A DNA stretch of 64,000 bases from the NCBI GenBank assembly GCA_049297695.1, contig JBAQUT010000036.1:986-64985 (forward strand), read 5' to 3'. A model generated the notes under the pieces. The model was not told where the DNA came from. It saw only the letters and a program-made list of their open reading frames with translations, and did not search any database. Source of the stretch: Alphaproteobacteria bacterium (GTDB lineage: Bacteria; Pseudomonadota; Alphaproteobacteria; UBA2136; UBA6156). A program made the translations under genes and the position numbers. Numbering within the stretch: the first letter of the stretch is position 1; each line of letters starts with the position of its first letter. This document shows, one piece after another, positions 39,761 through 48,981 of this stretch.

Positions 39761-40276
39761 ATGATGCAAAAGGATACCCCTATGCGCGCTTTAGCCCTTT
39801 CTGTTCTGTTACCTGCCACCTGCCTCCTGCTTCCTGCGGCCTACGCTTTGGATGACCGCTCCATTCAGGTGGAATTGCAACGCTACGACCTGCTGATGGG
39901 GAAAATCCAAGACCAAAACACCCAGCTGATGAGCCAGGTGCGCGAGCTGCAACGGCAAAACTACGATTTGGTGAAGCGGTTGGACAAAATGCAAGCCCAA
40001 ACCCAAAGCACCTACGACCAAATGCAAAAGGTGGAAAACGTGAACGTGCGGAACGTGGAATCCGCCCAAAAGCAACTGAACGAAGCCTTGAATCGCATGG
40101 ACAACAACACCTACGACTGGGGCGGGAAAACCCGCGATTGCGCCGATTTGGGCGTGAAGCACCAGCAAATCAAAGTAGCCACCAAGCCGGATGGCAGCCG
40201 TACCGTGCGGTTTTTGTGCTTTGACGGAAAGGCGATTCACCTCGGCACCGAGGTTTATGCGGTGGGGGCGGAGTAG
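39761..40276 (+). CDS. secreted coiled-coil hypothetical protein
   Basis: Signal peptide; Gln/Leu heptad-rich centre. Confidence 0.45.
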   Translation: MMQKDTPMRALALSVLLPATCLLLPAAYALDDRSIQVELQRYDLLMGKIQDQNTQLMSQVRELQRQNYDLVKRLDKMQAQTQSTYDQMQKVENVNVRNVESAQKQLNEALNRMDNNTYDWGGKTRDCADLGVKHQQIKVATKPDGSRTVRFLCFDGKAIHLGTEVYAVGAE

Positions 40277-40288
40277 CTTTTAACAGCT

Positions 40289-42046
40289 TTAACGGTCTAA
40301 CGTTTCATAAAACGCCACCACGGCGCTGTGGGTTTTTACGTGGCGGGGTTGGATGGCTTGGGTGAGGTACAGGCCTTCCAAGCTGGTGGCGCGGCTAAGG
40401 GCCACGTACAGTTGGCCTTCGGCGAAGGTGCCGCCGTCGGCCAAATCAATCACGCAGCGTTCCAGCGTTTGGCCTTGGGCCTTGTGGATGGTGAGCGCCC
40501 ATGCCAAGGCTAGAGGAAACTGCACAAATGTGCCCGCCACCGTGGCTACGGGCGTGCCTTCGGCGCCCGCTTGGTAGCGCGTGCTTTCCCACTTTTCCCG
40601 CTCCACCTCAAACACGCCGCGGTCGGTGCGCACTTCGATGTTGTCGTCAGTTAATTTCAACACATGGCCCAGCGTGCCGTTCACCCAACGGCCCAGTTTG
40701 TCGTTGCGGGTGAACATCACTTTGGCCCCCACTTTCAAGGTGAGTTCGGCGGGAGTGGTGAACTCTTTTCCCGCCAAGTCGCCGGTGGTGTCGGCGTGGT
40801 AGGTGCGGGTAGGGGTGTTTAGCTTGGCCAACTCAGTGGCGTTGATGGCATCCACCGTGCTGTTACGGGCGGCCAGAATGACGGCATTTTCGGGCGGAGT
40901 GGCCACCACGCGGGCATTCAGCGGCCCTAGCACGCCACTGCCGTTGTTGCCGCTGCGGATGGAATTGAGCAGGTTGATAAACGGGGCATCGGTTTGGCGG
41001 AAAATATGCGTAAAGCGCAGGGTGGAAAACGCCCCAAGCTCCCACGCCGGTGTGGCAAAAAAGAACGGGTTGGGGTAGGTGGTGGCAAACACCTCGGCTT
41101 CTTCCCGCCGCACCACGGGGGGGAGCTGGCAGAGATCGCCCATCAGCACCAGTTGCACGCCACCAAAGGGTTTTTTGGAAAATTTTCCGTGTTTGCGGAG
41201 GAATTTGTCCATGGCATCAAACACGTCGGCCCGCACCATGGAGATTTCGTCGATGATGATGAGTTCCAGGTTTTCAATCACCTTGGGGTAACGGGCTTTG
41301 GGCACGGGTTGGCCCACCAACAGCTGGGGCTTGAAGCTGAAAAAGCTGTGGATGGTTTGGCCGCCCACATTCAGCGCCGCCATGCCCGTGGGGGCCAGCA
41401 CGGCGTACTTGCGTTTGGTGTCATTCAGATTTTTGCGCAGCCATTTTAAAAACGTACTTTTGCCGGTGCCCGCGCTGCCGAGGATGAGCAGATTTTCGCC
41501 CTCTTGGATGGTTTTCAGCGCGGTTTGGAATTCCGGCGTCACCTGTATTTTTTGGGTGGTGCTGGCGGGTTGCTCCACCCGTTTGGGTTCCGGCTTGGGC
41601 TTGGCGTAGGTGATGGGGGGAGGGGTGGGGTTGGCCTTCAGCGTTGGAATAACTTGGCCCAACTGCACCAGCTTGTAGGCGCAGGCGCGGGGGGTGCGGC
41701 GCAGGTTGGCGGCCAAAGGCTCCAGCGCATCGCCAACCTCGTGGGCAATGAGCAATCGGGCGGTATCGTCCTCGTTCCAGTGGGTGCCAAAGGGCAAAAT
41801 ATCGGCACCTTCGGGGTGGGGGGTTTTGTCGTTCATGATGGCGGTGTAGCGGCCGTAATCCAGCAGGTCGAGCAGGTGGGCGCGGCTTTCCACGCTGGTT
41901 TTGGTGCGGCCCAGCGTTTCGGCCAGCAGGTGGAAACGGGCCGTAAACGTGCCTTGCATATCCCGCAAACCTGCCGCCAGCGTGGCATCGTCGGCCGCGT
42001 TCCAGCGTTTGCCTTGGTTGGCGGGTTTGGGGGTGGTGTCGTCCAT
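40289..42046 (-). CDS. PIF1/RecD-like AAA ATPase DNA helicase
   Basis: LLILGSAGTGKST Walker A; LIIIDEISMV; start 42046 chosen for the GAGG RBS. The track ORF extends further in-frame. Confidence 0.7.
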   Translation of the reverse strand: MDDTTPKPANQGKRWNAADDATLAAGLRDMQGTFTARFHLLAETLGRTKTSVESRAHLLDLLDYGRYTAIMNDKTPHPEGADILPFGTHWNEDDTARLLIAHEVGDALEPLAANLRRTPRACAYKLVQLGQVIPTLKANPTPPPITYAKPKPEPKRVEQPASTTQKIQVTPEFQTALKTIQEGENLLILGSAGTGKSTFLKWLRKNLNDTKRKYAVLAPTGMAALNVGGQTIHSFFSFKPQLLVGQPVPKARYPKVIENLELIIIDEISMVRADVFDAMDKFLRKHGKFSKKPFGGVQLVLMGDLCQLPPVVRREEAEVFATTYPNPFFFATPAWELGAFSTLRFTHIFRQTDAPFINLLNSIRSGNNGSGVLGPLNARVVATPPENAVILAARNSTVDAINATELAKLNTPTRTYHADTTGDLAGKEFTTPAELTLKVGAKVMFTRNDKLGRWVNGTLGHVLKLTDDNIEVRTDRGVFEVEREKWESTRYQAGAEGTPVATVAGTFVQFPLALAWALTIHKAQGQTLERCVIDLADGGTFAEGQLYVALSRATSLEGLYLTQAIQPRHVKTHSAVVAFYETLDR

Positions 42047-42124
42047 AACCCTCTCTAACATATTTCTGACACGGCAATCAAATGGTCTTTTACGCCCTTG
42101 CATTGTTTTGGGGCATGGCCCATA

Positions 42125-42565
42125 AAGCAGGTACGGGCCTGTCCCGGTTTCGACGGAGCTTGAAGGGGTTCCCAAGGAGCATGCGGTGGGGGTTGGATTC
42201 CACCTAAAAAAGTCCAGCAGGCACTTAAATGCCAAATCGACTGTAGACAATAGCCTTGCGGCCCGTCGCGCTATGCGCGCCATGCCCATGGCTATGGCTG
42301 CCTAACCTAGACTCAGATTGGATTCTGACCTAGGCTAGACGCCCCAAGACCGTTTCCCACAGATTGGCGTGGTGGCGGACCCTTGGATTCATCCCCGCCA
42401 ATCTAGGTTCCCGTGGTGTCTTCACGCGGGTCGCGCCGAAATTAAGATGGGCAACCACAGGGTGCGGGGTGTCTGGCGCTAACTGTGGAACCACCAGACA
42501 CTAAGCATGTAGAGCCACACTTCAACGAGGTTCGGACGTGGGTTCGATTCCCACCAGGTCCACCA
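42125..42565 (+). ncRNA. ssrA: tmRNA (ssrA), one-piece
   Basis: 5' GGGCCTG pairs with 3' CAGGTCC-A-CCA including G3:U70. Conserved TTCGACGG, CCCAAGGAGCATGC and 3' CTAAGCATGTAG...GGTTCGATTCCCACCAGGTCCACCA. Internal frame GCC AAA ...GCT GCC TAA ends with Ala-Ala. Confidence 0.75.
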
Positions 42566-42566
42566 G

Positions 42567-42612
42567 TTAGCAATAAAAATATCCCCATAGAAGGGGATAT
42601 TTTTATTGCTAA
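42567..42612. terminator. long perfect palindrome, bidirectional terminator after ssrA
   Basis: TTAGCAATAAAAATATCCCC ATAG AAGGGGATATTTTTATTGCTAA. Confidence 0.6.
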
Positions 42613-42755
42613 TGACAGAGAGGTGGGGCCCTTCGGGTCCCACCAGGTCGGACGGGATACCAGATACCAAACCTCATTGAAACACTGTCTATACGGGGAG
42701 GGTTACGAAAAACCCCTTGCAGAGAAAAGCCCGATACGGTATTGACGGCCACAGT

Positions 42756-42830
42756 GGGCAGTTAGCTCAGCGGTAGAGCACAGCATTCACATTGCTGGGG
42801 TCGCAGGTTCGAATCCTGCACCGCCCACCA
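42756..42830 (+). tRNA. tRNA-Val (CAC)
   Basis: GGGCAGTTAGCTCAGCGGTAGAGC...anticodon loop TTCACAT...ACCGCCCACCA. Confidence 0.8.
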
Positions 42831-42854
42831 GTTAAGGCTACAGTGCACACCACT

Positions 42855-42940
42855 GGAGGAATTCCCGAGCGGCCAAAGGGGACTGACTGTAAATCAGTTG
42901 GCGTACGCCTTCGAAGGTTCGAATCCTTCTTCCTCCACCA
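42855..42940 (+). tRNA. tRNA-Tyr (GTA), long variable arm
   Basis: GGAGGAATTCCCGAGCGGCCAAAGGGGACTGACTGTAAATCAG...TTCCTCCACCA. Confidence 0.85.
42886..42940 (+). repeat. attL: 3' 55 nt of tRNA-Tyr, identical to the copy at 51116-51170
   Basis: ACTGTAAATCAGTTGGCGTACGCCTTCGAAGGTTCGAATCCTTCTTCCTCCACCA present twice. Confidence 0.8.
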
Positions 42941-43001
42941 TTTTGTTTTATAATATCTTTTCTTGAAAATCCCTCTTCCAAAATTCTCCCTAAAATCTCT
43001 C

Positions 43002-43023
43002 TTTGGGACACTCTTGGGACATT
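43002..43023. repeat. 22-bp direct repeat TTTGGGACACTCTTGGGACATT (copy 1, ~60 bp inside attL)
   Basis: Identical copy at 50977-50998; internal TTGGGACA x2. Confidence 0.6.
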
Positions 43024-43029
43024 TGCTCC

Positions 43030-43068
43030 CTAAAATCGTATAAACCCCCTCTACATCTTTTAGGGGGG
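43030..43068 (-). terminator. putative Rho-independent terminator after umuC
   Basis: CCCCCT...AGGGGG hairpin followed by a T-rich tract on the minus strand. Confidence 0.45.
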
Positions 43069-43081
43069 TGTGGCGTTGCTG

Positions 43082-44341
43082 TTACCTTACTCCCACCAAC
43101 TCATCCCACCGCGTGGTATAGGCACGGGAGAGAGATTCCCGCTTCATCCCCCAGCCCTGTTTAGTGCCAAGGCTCCCCAGCCGCACAAAGGCCTTGCCGT
43201 AGCGGGTATCGAGATTGTCGAGCGTTTGCATCAGGGCTTGGGTGCGGGCGGTATCGGCCCCGTCCAGCAAGCTGGGTTGGTGCTGGGTGGCAGGGATAAG
43301 GTCAAGAAGCAGGATGCCCGCCTTCTTATAGGCAAAGCCCTTGCGGTAAAGGGTGTGGAGCAAGCGGTGGGCGTGCCGTACCAGTTCGGCAGTGTCAGCG
43401 GTGGCGTAGGGCAACCCCATGGCTTGGCTTGCACTATATTGAGAGGCCTTGGGCTTGAACCTGTTAGTATGGGCAAACACCAGCAACCCTTGGGCTAACA
43501 GATTATCCCCTCTTAGCTTGCCAGCGGCGCGGGTTACATAGGCGGCCACCGCTTCTTCCAGTTCGGCCAAGGTGGTTACTTCCCGCCCGAAGCTCCGCGT
43601 GCTTTGGATGCTCTTGCGGGTGGGTTGCACCAGTTCCAGCGGCAAGCAGCTTACCCCCTGCAACTCGCGTACAAGGCGCTCCATCACCACGTTGTACTGT
43701 TTCCGCATGGAGGCGGCATCGGCGTTGCGAAGGTCTAGCCCGCTGTTTATCCGCTGTTCTTTTAACTTCTCGGAAAACTGCCGCCCGATGCCCCATAAAT
43801 CTCCTACGTCCATAGCTCCCAGCGCTGCCTCTTGAGAGGCGTTATCAGACAACAAACAGACACCGCCCAAGGCAGGGTTCTTTTTGGCGGTGCGGTTGGC
43901 GGCTTTGGCGAGGGTTTTGGTGGGGGCAAGGCCGATGCTCACAGGGATGCCCGTCCATTGCTTCACCTTGGCCCGTAGCGCCTGCATTGCGCCTGTTAAG
44001 TGTTCCAAGGGGATGCCCCGCACATCCAAAAAGGCCTCATCCACGCTATACACCTCCACCGCTGGGGCGGCATCCCGCAGCACACTCATCACCCGCGCAC
44101 TCATATCCCCGTAAAGCTGATAGTTGGAAGAAAACACCACCACCCCGTTCTGGCGGCAGAGTTTCTCCACTTTGAACATAGGCGCCCCCATCGGTATCCC
44201 CAGCGCCTTGGCTTCGTTGCTACGGGCTACCACACACCCATCATTATTCGATAACACCACAATGGGTTTGCCTTCCAGCTTGGGGTTGAAGGCCCTCTCA
44301 CACGAAGCATAGAAGTTGTTGCAGTCTACCAGCCCATACAT
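43082..44341 (-). CDS. umuC: Y-family DNA polymerase V catalytic subunit UmuC
   Basis: [23 protein letters not shown] catalytic motifs; 419 aa. Confidence 0.85.
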   Translation of the reverse strand: MYGLVDCNNFYASCERAFNPKLEGKPIVVLSNNDGCVVARSNEAKALGIPMGAPMFKVEKLCRQNGVVVFSSNYQLYGDMSARVMSVLRDAAPAVEVYSVDEAFLDVRGIPLEHLTGAMQALRAKVKQWTGIPVSIGLAPTKTLAKAANRTAKKNPALGGVCLLSDNASQEAALGAMDVGDLWGIGRQFSEKLKEQRINSGLDLRNADAASMRKQYNVVMERLVRELQGVSCLPLELVQPTRKSIQSTRSFGREVTTLAELEEAVAAYVTRAAGKLRGDNLLAQGLLVFAHTNRFKPKASQYSASQAMGLPYATADTAELVRHAHRLLHTLYRKGFAYKKAGILLLDLIPATQHQPSLLDGADTARTQALMQTLDNLDTRYGKAFVRLGSLGTKQGWGMKRESLSRAYTTRWDELVGVR

Positions 44342-44345
44342 CGCC

Positions 44346-44726
44346 CTACACCTTATGAATCACGTTGCTCACCACACCCCACACCACCAACTCATCCCCC
44401 AGCACCTTGGGCGGCTTGCCTTGTTCGCCCTGCAAGGCCCATTGCCCGTTGACCTTTACCAGCCGCCGCACAAACATCTCTCCCGCCACCACCGCTATCA
44501 CCACGCTCCCCACGGCGGGGGTAAGGCTCTTGTCCACCACCATTAAATCACCTTTAAAGATACCAGCCCCCTGCATGGCATCGGCTTTGGCCCGCACGAA
44601 ATAGGTGGCGGCGGGGTGCTTCACCAAATAGGCGTTCAAGTCCAAGTAACCCTCTAAAAAGTCATCGGCAGGGCTGGGGAAGCCAGCGGCTACGGAACCA
44701 TACAAGGGCAGGAGTTGGGGTTGCAT
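44346..44726 (-). CDS. umuD: UmuD-like S24 peptidase-fold protein with catalytic Ser and Lys replaced (Ala/Arg)
   Basis: VAAGFPSPA cleavage-site region aligns to UmuD CGFPSPA; ASGDSM becomes AKADAM and TVKKL becomes FVRRL. Confidence 0.7.
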   Translation of the reverse strand: MQPQLLPLYGSVAAGFPSPADDFLEGYLDLNAYLVKHPAATYFVRAKADAMQGAGIFKGDLMVVDKSLTPAVGSVVIAVVAGEMFVRRLVKVNGQWALQGEQGKPPKVLGDELVVWGVVSNVIHKV

Positions 44727-45031
44727 GGGTTATTGTTGTATCATTAATCACCCGCGGTCAATCCCCATCTATCTCCTTGACGCTGGGGTTATCCCACTCT
44801 AACTTCACAGTTGGAGAGATAACTCTCTGGGGCATCAAAACCTCACAAGATGGCTGGCACCACCAAAAGAGTTGCTGTTTGTGTATTTAGCACATCCTAA
44901 GTTGCGCTCTATGCGGCTGGGTGGTGGTGCTATGTCCAAGGCGTAAGCTGAAAAGCCCCACGCCGTATCTTGTACGGTTTTGAACACCCAGCCACCTTTA
45001 TCGGGTGGCTTTTGTTTGAAACCAACAAAGG

Positions 45032-45334
45032 ATGCACACCATGAAACCCCTCTCTATTGCTGTTCTATTACTGTTATCGGCTTCCGCCGCCCATGCCGAA
45101 TGGGTGAATGGCTACACTCGCAGCAATGGCACCTACGTTGCCCCACACGCTCGTAGCGCCCCCGATGGCAACCGTTTCAACAACTACTCCACCCAAGGCA
45201 ACACAAACCCCTACACAGGCCAAGCGGGAACCGTGAACCCTTACAGCGCCAACCAAGGCGATGCAGGAAACGGCTTTGGTGGTAGCGGCTTCAACCAACC
45301 CAGCACGCCCCGTGGTTTTGGCGGGTGGAGATAA
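45032..45334 (+). CDS. small secreted Gly/Asn-rich hypothetical protein
   Basis: Signal peptide MKPLSIAVLLLLSASAAHA; 100 aa. Confidence 0.4.
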   Translation: MHTMKPLSIAVLLLLSASAAHAEWVNGYTRSNGTYVAPHARSAPDGNRFNNYSTQGNTNPYTGQAGTVNPYSANQGDAGNGFGGSGFNQPSTPRGFGGWR

Positions 45335-45480
45335 GCCATGCAGCAAGAAGATTCAGCCTCACGCCCTGAAATGGTGATTGTGTTTGGCTTTTTTACCCTC
45401 TGGGGGTTCATCGTTGGGCTGGGGGTGGGGTGGTGGGTTTGGTGTTGACATTGAATACAATGCTCTGGTACACCTGCCAT

Positions 45481-46386
45481 ATGGCCAAGATAGCAATCCA
45501 AAAATCCACTGGTGTTCCTGTGCATGCCCGTGACGCCTCCACAACAGCGTTAGAAAGAGGTTTAAACAGCCCTTTTGACTTTGCCTGTATGGAGTGCGGG
45601 GTAACATTGCGCTGCACGCATTACGCCAAACCGTTTTCGGATAAAGACCATGTGTATTTCGGTGTCTATGGTGACGCCTACAAGCATGAACCTTACTGCA
45701 ATTCAGCATATGGCTCGGAGTCAAATGGAAACACGCATAGCCATGAAGAGTGGGAACAAGATGATGTCGAGGTTGTCTCTCCCCGTGTCATGCAATTTGA
45801 ACCCCAAACAAGAAATTTCCCAGAGACTGACATTTCATCCCGCGAGGTTCGTTTAACAGGGCAACAAAAATCCAGAGAAACCCTCACCGATTTGATATGG
45901 AGAAACGGAACAAGTCTTTCCGCCCTCCGCAAAGCCAATGCCTATCAATTTAGAATTAGCGGCCAGATTTTCTCTATGGCTCAAATCTTTAATTCACCAA
46001 CAACAACTCTCATGAATGGTGTTGATGGTAAATCCTTTAATGGCGGTGTAGCATTTGGCTTAGCTCGGATATATAGCAAACCTGCGCCATCTGACCGAGT
46101 ATCCATCAACTTTATGGAACGGTTTAATCATGACGGAAATCTCATCCCTGTTATGGGCAAACTAGACCTTGATACATTACACCTTAACGACCCTATGAGG
46201 CACTGGATAAGAGATGGAATCCAACAAGGTGGGTTGTATGATATAGCCATTAAATGGCGCGAATCAGCTTTGGAGCGTGCCAAGAGAGACGGAGGAAGAT
46301 GGGAGTTTATGAAGGAATCGCCTCAGCTTTGGTTTACGGACATTGAGAAGATAGCTATCAAAGCAAGTTCTGGTAACGGTCGCTAA
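45481..46386 (+). CDS. hypothetical protein (island cargo, reduced GC) with N-terminal Cys/His cluster
   Basis: FACMECGVTLRCTHY...; no family recognised; the track ORF starts at 45430 and the first ATG is 45481. Confidence 0.45.
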   Translation: MAKIAIQKSTGVPVHARDASTTALERGLNSPFDFACMECGVTLRCTHYAKPFSDKDHVYFGVYGDAYKHEPYCNSAYGSESNGNTHSHEEWEQDDVEVVSPRVMQFEPQTRNFPETDISSREVRLTGQQKSRETLTDLIWRNGTSLSALRKANAYQFRISGQIFSMAQIFNSPTTTLMNGVDGKSFNGGVAFGLARIYSKPAPSDRVSINFMERFNHDGNLIPVMGKLDLDTLHLNDPMRHWIRDGIQQGGLYDIAIKWRESALERAKRDGGRWEFMKESPQLWFTDIEKIAIKASSGNGR

Positions 46387-46625
46387 ACCTCATCCGTAAT
46401 CAACTCCCTCCACACCCTCCAAATCTCTAAGTTTTCTAACGAATACCTCCCATGGATGAGGTTGGCCTTGCTAATCGCCTCCCTCCCAGCCTCGGTTTTA
46501 GGCCCCGTAGCCTTCCCCCCATGCAACCGACAACAGCCATTCCGCATGGCAGGTTGACGGCATAGTAGGCGGGTACGTTTGCAGCGGCACTTGCACTTGG
46601 GCAGGGTATGAATGGGAACGGACAT
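46383..46625 (-). CDS. small Cys-rich zinc-ribbon-like protein with an HGG motif (phage-associated type)
   Basis: CKCRCKRTRLLCRQPAMRNGCCRLHGGKATGPKT. Confidence 0.4.
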   Translation of the reverse strand: MSVPIHTLPKCKCRCKRTRLLCRQPAMRNGCCRLHGGKATGPKTEAGREAISKANLIHGRYSLENLEIWRVWRELITDEV

Positions 46626-46629
46626 GGGG

Positions 46630-47238
46630 TTATTCCTCGGTTTTGGGTTTACTGCCCCCACACCCCGCCACCGCCCCCACCACGGCTTGGCCGCCAGCTT
46701 GCACCTCCACCTTCTCCACCACCACACGCTGGGTGCTTATCCCCGCTTGCCGCATTTGGCGTAGCAAGTCCATTTGCCGCAGCAACACGTTTTGAGCTTT
46801 GTGGGCACGGTTGGTGTAATACCCCGCCACCTCCAAAGTGTTATCATCCAACGAGCGTGCCAGCATCCGCATTGCCACATGGTTGGTCGCCACTATCTGG
46901 GCTGCCAACATGCTTTCCAGTTCGTTTTGCGGAGCCAAACCATAAAGCTGGGCCACGATGTTGTTCACGGCATTGGCATCTTTGCTTGGCAAAATGGATT
47001 GCAGGTGGGTCAGCTTCACGTTGATGCTCCCCGCATCCAACGTGCCGAACGCTTGCGCCAGCGTGAACGTGGTTTGAGGTTCGTTCATCACGATGTGCAT
47101 CGAACGATTGCCATCGCCCGTATCTTCCAGCGCAAACTCTTTGCGGTTCTTGTAATCCTCCAGCTTGGCGTTCAACACGGCCCGCTTTTCGGGGGTCAGT
47201 TCAAGTGTCCCTTTGGGTTTGGGGGTGAGGTCGGTCAT
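46630..47238 (-). CDS. hypothetical protein (island)
   Basis: 202-aa ORF downstream of the AAA_25 gene. Confidence 0.4.
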   Translation of the reverse strand: MTDLTPKPKGTLELTPEKRAVLNAKLEDYKNRKEFALEDTGDGNRSMHIVMNEPQTTFTLAQAFGTLDAGSINVKLTHLQSILPSKDANAVNNIVAQLYGLAPQNELESMLAAQIVATNHVAMRMLARSLDDNTLEVAGYYTNRAHKAQNVLLRQMDLLRQMRQAGISTQRVVVEKVEVQAGGQAVVGAVAGCGGSKPKTEE

Positions 47239-47304
47239 GATTTTAGCTTTCGTTAGGTGTTCGTTCGTTCGGTTTCCTAGGAGTGCCGAACGCCGAACGG
47301 GTTA

Positions 47305-48228
47305 TTAGGCGGCTTCAGATTCATTTACCCATGTGTTGATGGTGGATGGGCTGGCCTTCAGTTGGCGGGCAATCTCACGCTGCCCCACACCTTGTTCATG
47401 CAGCACAATCGCTTGTTGCCGCCGTGGGTCAACTTTGCGCCCGCCTGTGTAGGGTTCGTGGTGCCAGATAGCGCCTTGGTCGGTCATCATAAGCCGTACC
47501 AAGGTGGGTTTTGATTCCTTGCCTTGCAGGTGGCGTTTCTTGTCAAAGTTCACCACAAAGTGGCTCCCTTCATCGGGTTCAGGCCCCGCAGGTTCGTACA
47601 ACTCAATGGTGATATCGTTCACCACGTTGTGTTGGCTGCTCCCCCGTTGGTCGCCCCCTTTACCAGCATGGTGCAAAATCAGAATAGCCATGCCGCTGGA
47701 ACGTAACGCCATCAACCAGCTTTGCACGTTATCCCATGTGCCCGAATCATTCTCTCGCATGTTGCTGAACAACGTGCTTTTGTTGTCCAGTACCAGCAAG
47801 TCACAGCCCACGTCATCCACGCGGCACATCAGCTCTTGCTGCCCTTCTTCCGTGTTCAGGTGCTTAATGCGGAACGGGCTTTCACATTGTGCCATGCTGT
47901 AAACAAACAGGTTACCGTGGGTGCCCTGTTTGCCTGTCATGGCATCCAGCCGCCGCATCAGCTCTTGGGAGGGCATTTCGCCATCCACATACACCACACG
48001 GGCTTGGCGGGCAGGGGTGAACCCCAAAAAGGGTTCTCCCCGCGCCAACGCAACCGAGAGGCCCAGCGCAAAGTTGCTTTTTCCAATCCCCGCCTTCGCA
48101 TAAAGCATGTTGATACTGTTGGTCAGCAACCACGGGGGCATGAGTACCTCCCGTGGTGGCAGTTCCAACGCCTGAAAGTCCTCGGCGGCAAAAAAGCCCC
48201 AAGGTGCGTTCGTAAGAGGATGGGTCAT
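47305..48228 (-). CDS. RecA-like NTPase (AAA_25 / RepA-DnaB-like replicative loader family) with C-terminal HTH
   Basis: AKAGIGKSNFAL Walker A; VLDNKSTLF; C-terminal HEQGVGQREIARQLKASPSTINTWV HTH. Confidence 0.6.
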   Translation of the reverse strand: MTHPLTNAPWGFFAAEDFQALELPPREVLMPPWLLTNSINMLYAKAGIGKSNFALGLSVALARGEPFLGFTPARQARVVYVDGEMPSQELMRRLDAMTGKQGTHGNLFVYSMAQCESPFRIKHLNTEEGQQELMCRVDDVGCDLLVLDNKSTLFSNMRENDSGTWDNVQSWLMALRSSGMAILILHHAGKGGDQRGSSQHNVVNDITIELYEPAGPEPDEGSHFVVNFDKKRHLQGKESKPTLVRLMMTDQGAIWHHEPYTGGRKVDPRRQQAIVLHEQGVGQREIARQLKASPSTINTWVNESEAA

Positions 48229-48647
48229 CGCACCACCTCCTCATGCACAATGCAATCAAGTGACCATATGCGAATGTAAGGCGCACCAGTCGGCGGTGTA
48301 ATGAGTTTGATGCGGAAATTGAACCCATACTCACGAAGCCTATCAAAAGCCCCCCAAAACCACTTAGGCGGCTTAGTTTGGGTGCTGAAGTGGCCAAAGC
48401 GTAGCATCTCCAGCGCCCTCACCTCAAAACCGTGAGGAGTCGCCAGTTTGGGCACCATTCCTTTACCCCGCTTCCGCCAAACATACCCATGCGGCAGCGG
48501 ATTTTGGTTGAACCACGGCAACGGTTGGGTTACTTTCCGATTGTTAGCCTTAGTTTTAGATTTGTTTAAAACCTCACGCTCGCCCTTGTAAGCACGTGGG
48601 GTTTTTTGTTTAGCGGCCATCGGTGTTACCCTCCCCTTGCTGGCCAT
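48225..48647 (-). CDS. hypothetical protein (possibly N-terminal partner of the replicase)
   Basis: 140-aa basic ORF overlapping the AAA_25 start by 4 nt. Confidence 0.35.
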   Translation of the reverse strand: MASKGRVTPMAAKQKTPRAYKGEREVLNKSKTKANNRKVTQPLPWFNQNPLPHGYVWRKRGKGMVPKLATPHGFEVRALEMLRFGHFSTQTKPPKWFWGAFDRLREYGFNFRIKLITPPTGAPYIRIWSLDCIVHEEVVR

Positions 48648-48864
48648 CTAGCCAAGCAAAAAACTTGGGTTCATCAATGTAAAGGCGCTTGCCAATCCTC
48701 ACCACGGCAATATCAAGGCCATTGCCTTTAACGGGGCCAACGCTGGAATGTCTGTCTTTGGCTTTCCACAAAAGGTTGCGCATTACGGAGGGCGGAAACG
48801 CGGGATTGCGTTCGGCGAATTTGTCCAGCGTCAGAATCAGCCGCTGGGGTGTTTCATTTGTCAT
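48610..48864 (-). CDS. AlpA/excisionase-family HTH (HTH_17) DNA-binding protein
   Basis: VVRIGKRLYIDEPKFFAWLDG resembles AlpA/Xis C-terminus. Confidence 0.55.
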   Translation of the reverse strand: MTNETPQRLILTLDKFAERNPAFPPSVMRNLLWKAKDRHSSVGPVKGNGLDIAVVRIGKRLYIDEPKFFAWLDGQQGEGNTDGR

Positions 48865-48981
48865 AGGTTTTATTCCTATCAGTTACCGCTAGGCCCCTGC
48901 ATCAATACTTGAGCATTCGCTAGCGTTGATAGGATTAGAACATGAGTTTATCTATATGAAAAGTAACGAGTATTTGCAAAG

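Noticed and set aside
42125-42565. Two-piece (permuted) tmRNA as found in alphaproteobacteria
   Set aside because: The 5' acceptor strand, PK/tag region and 3' T-arm/acceptor occur in the standard co-linear order, so this is a one-piece tmRNA.
44727-44830. Searched for a LexA/SOS box (CTGT-N8-ACAG, GAAC-N7-GAAC, Xanthomonas-type) upstream of umuD
   Set aside because: Only a CTGT-N8-AGTG near-miss and an ATTAAT core were found. No convincing operator.
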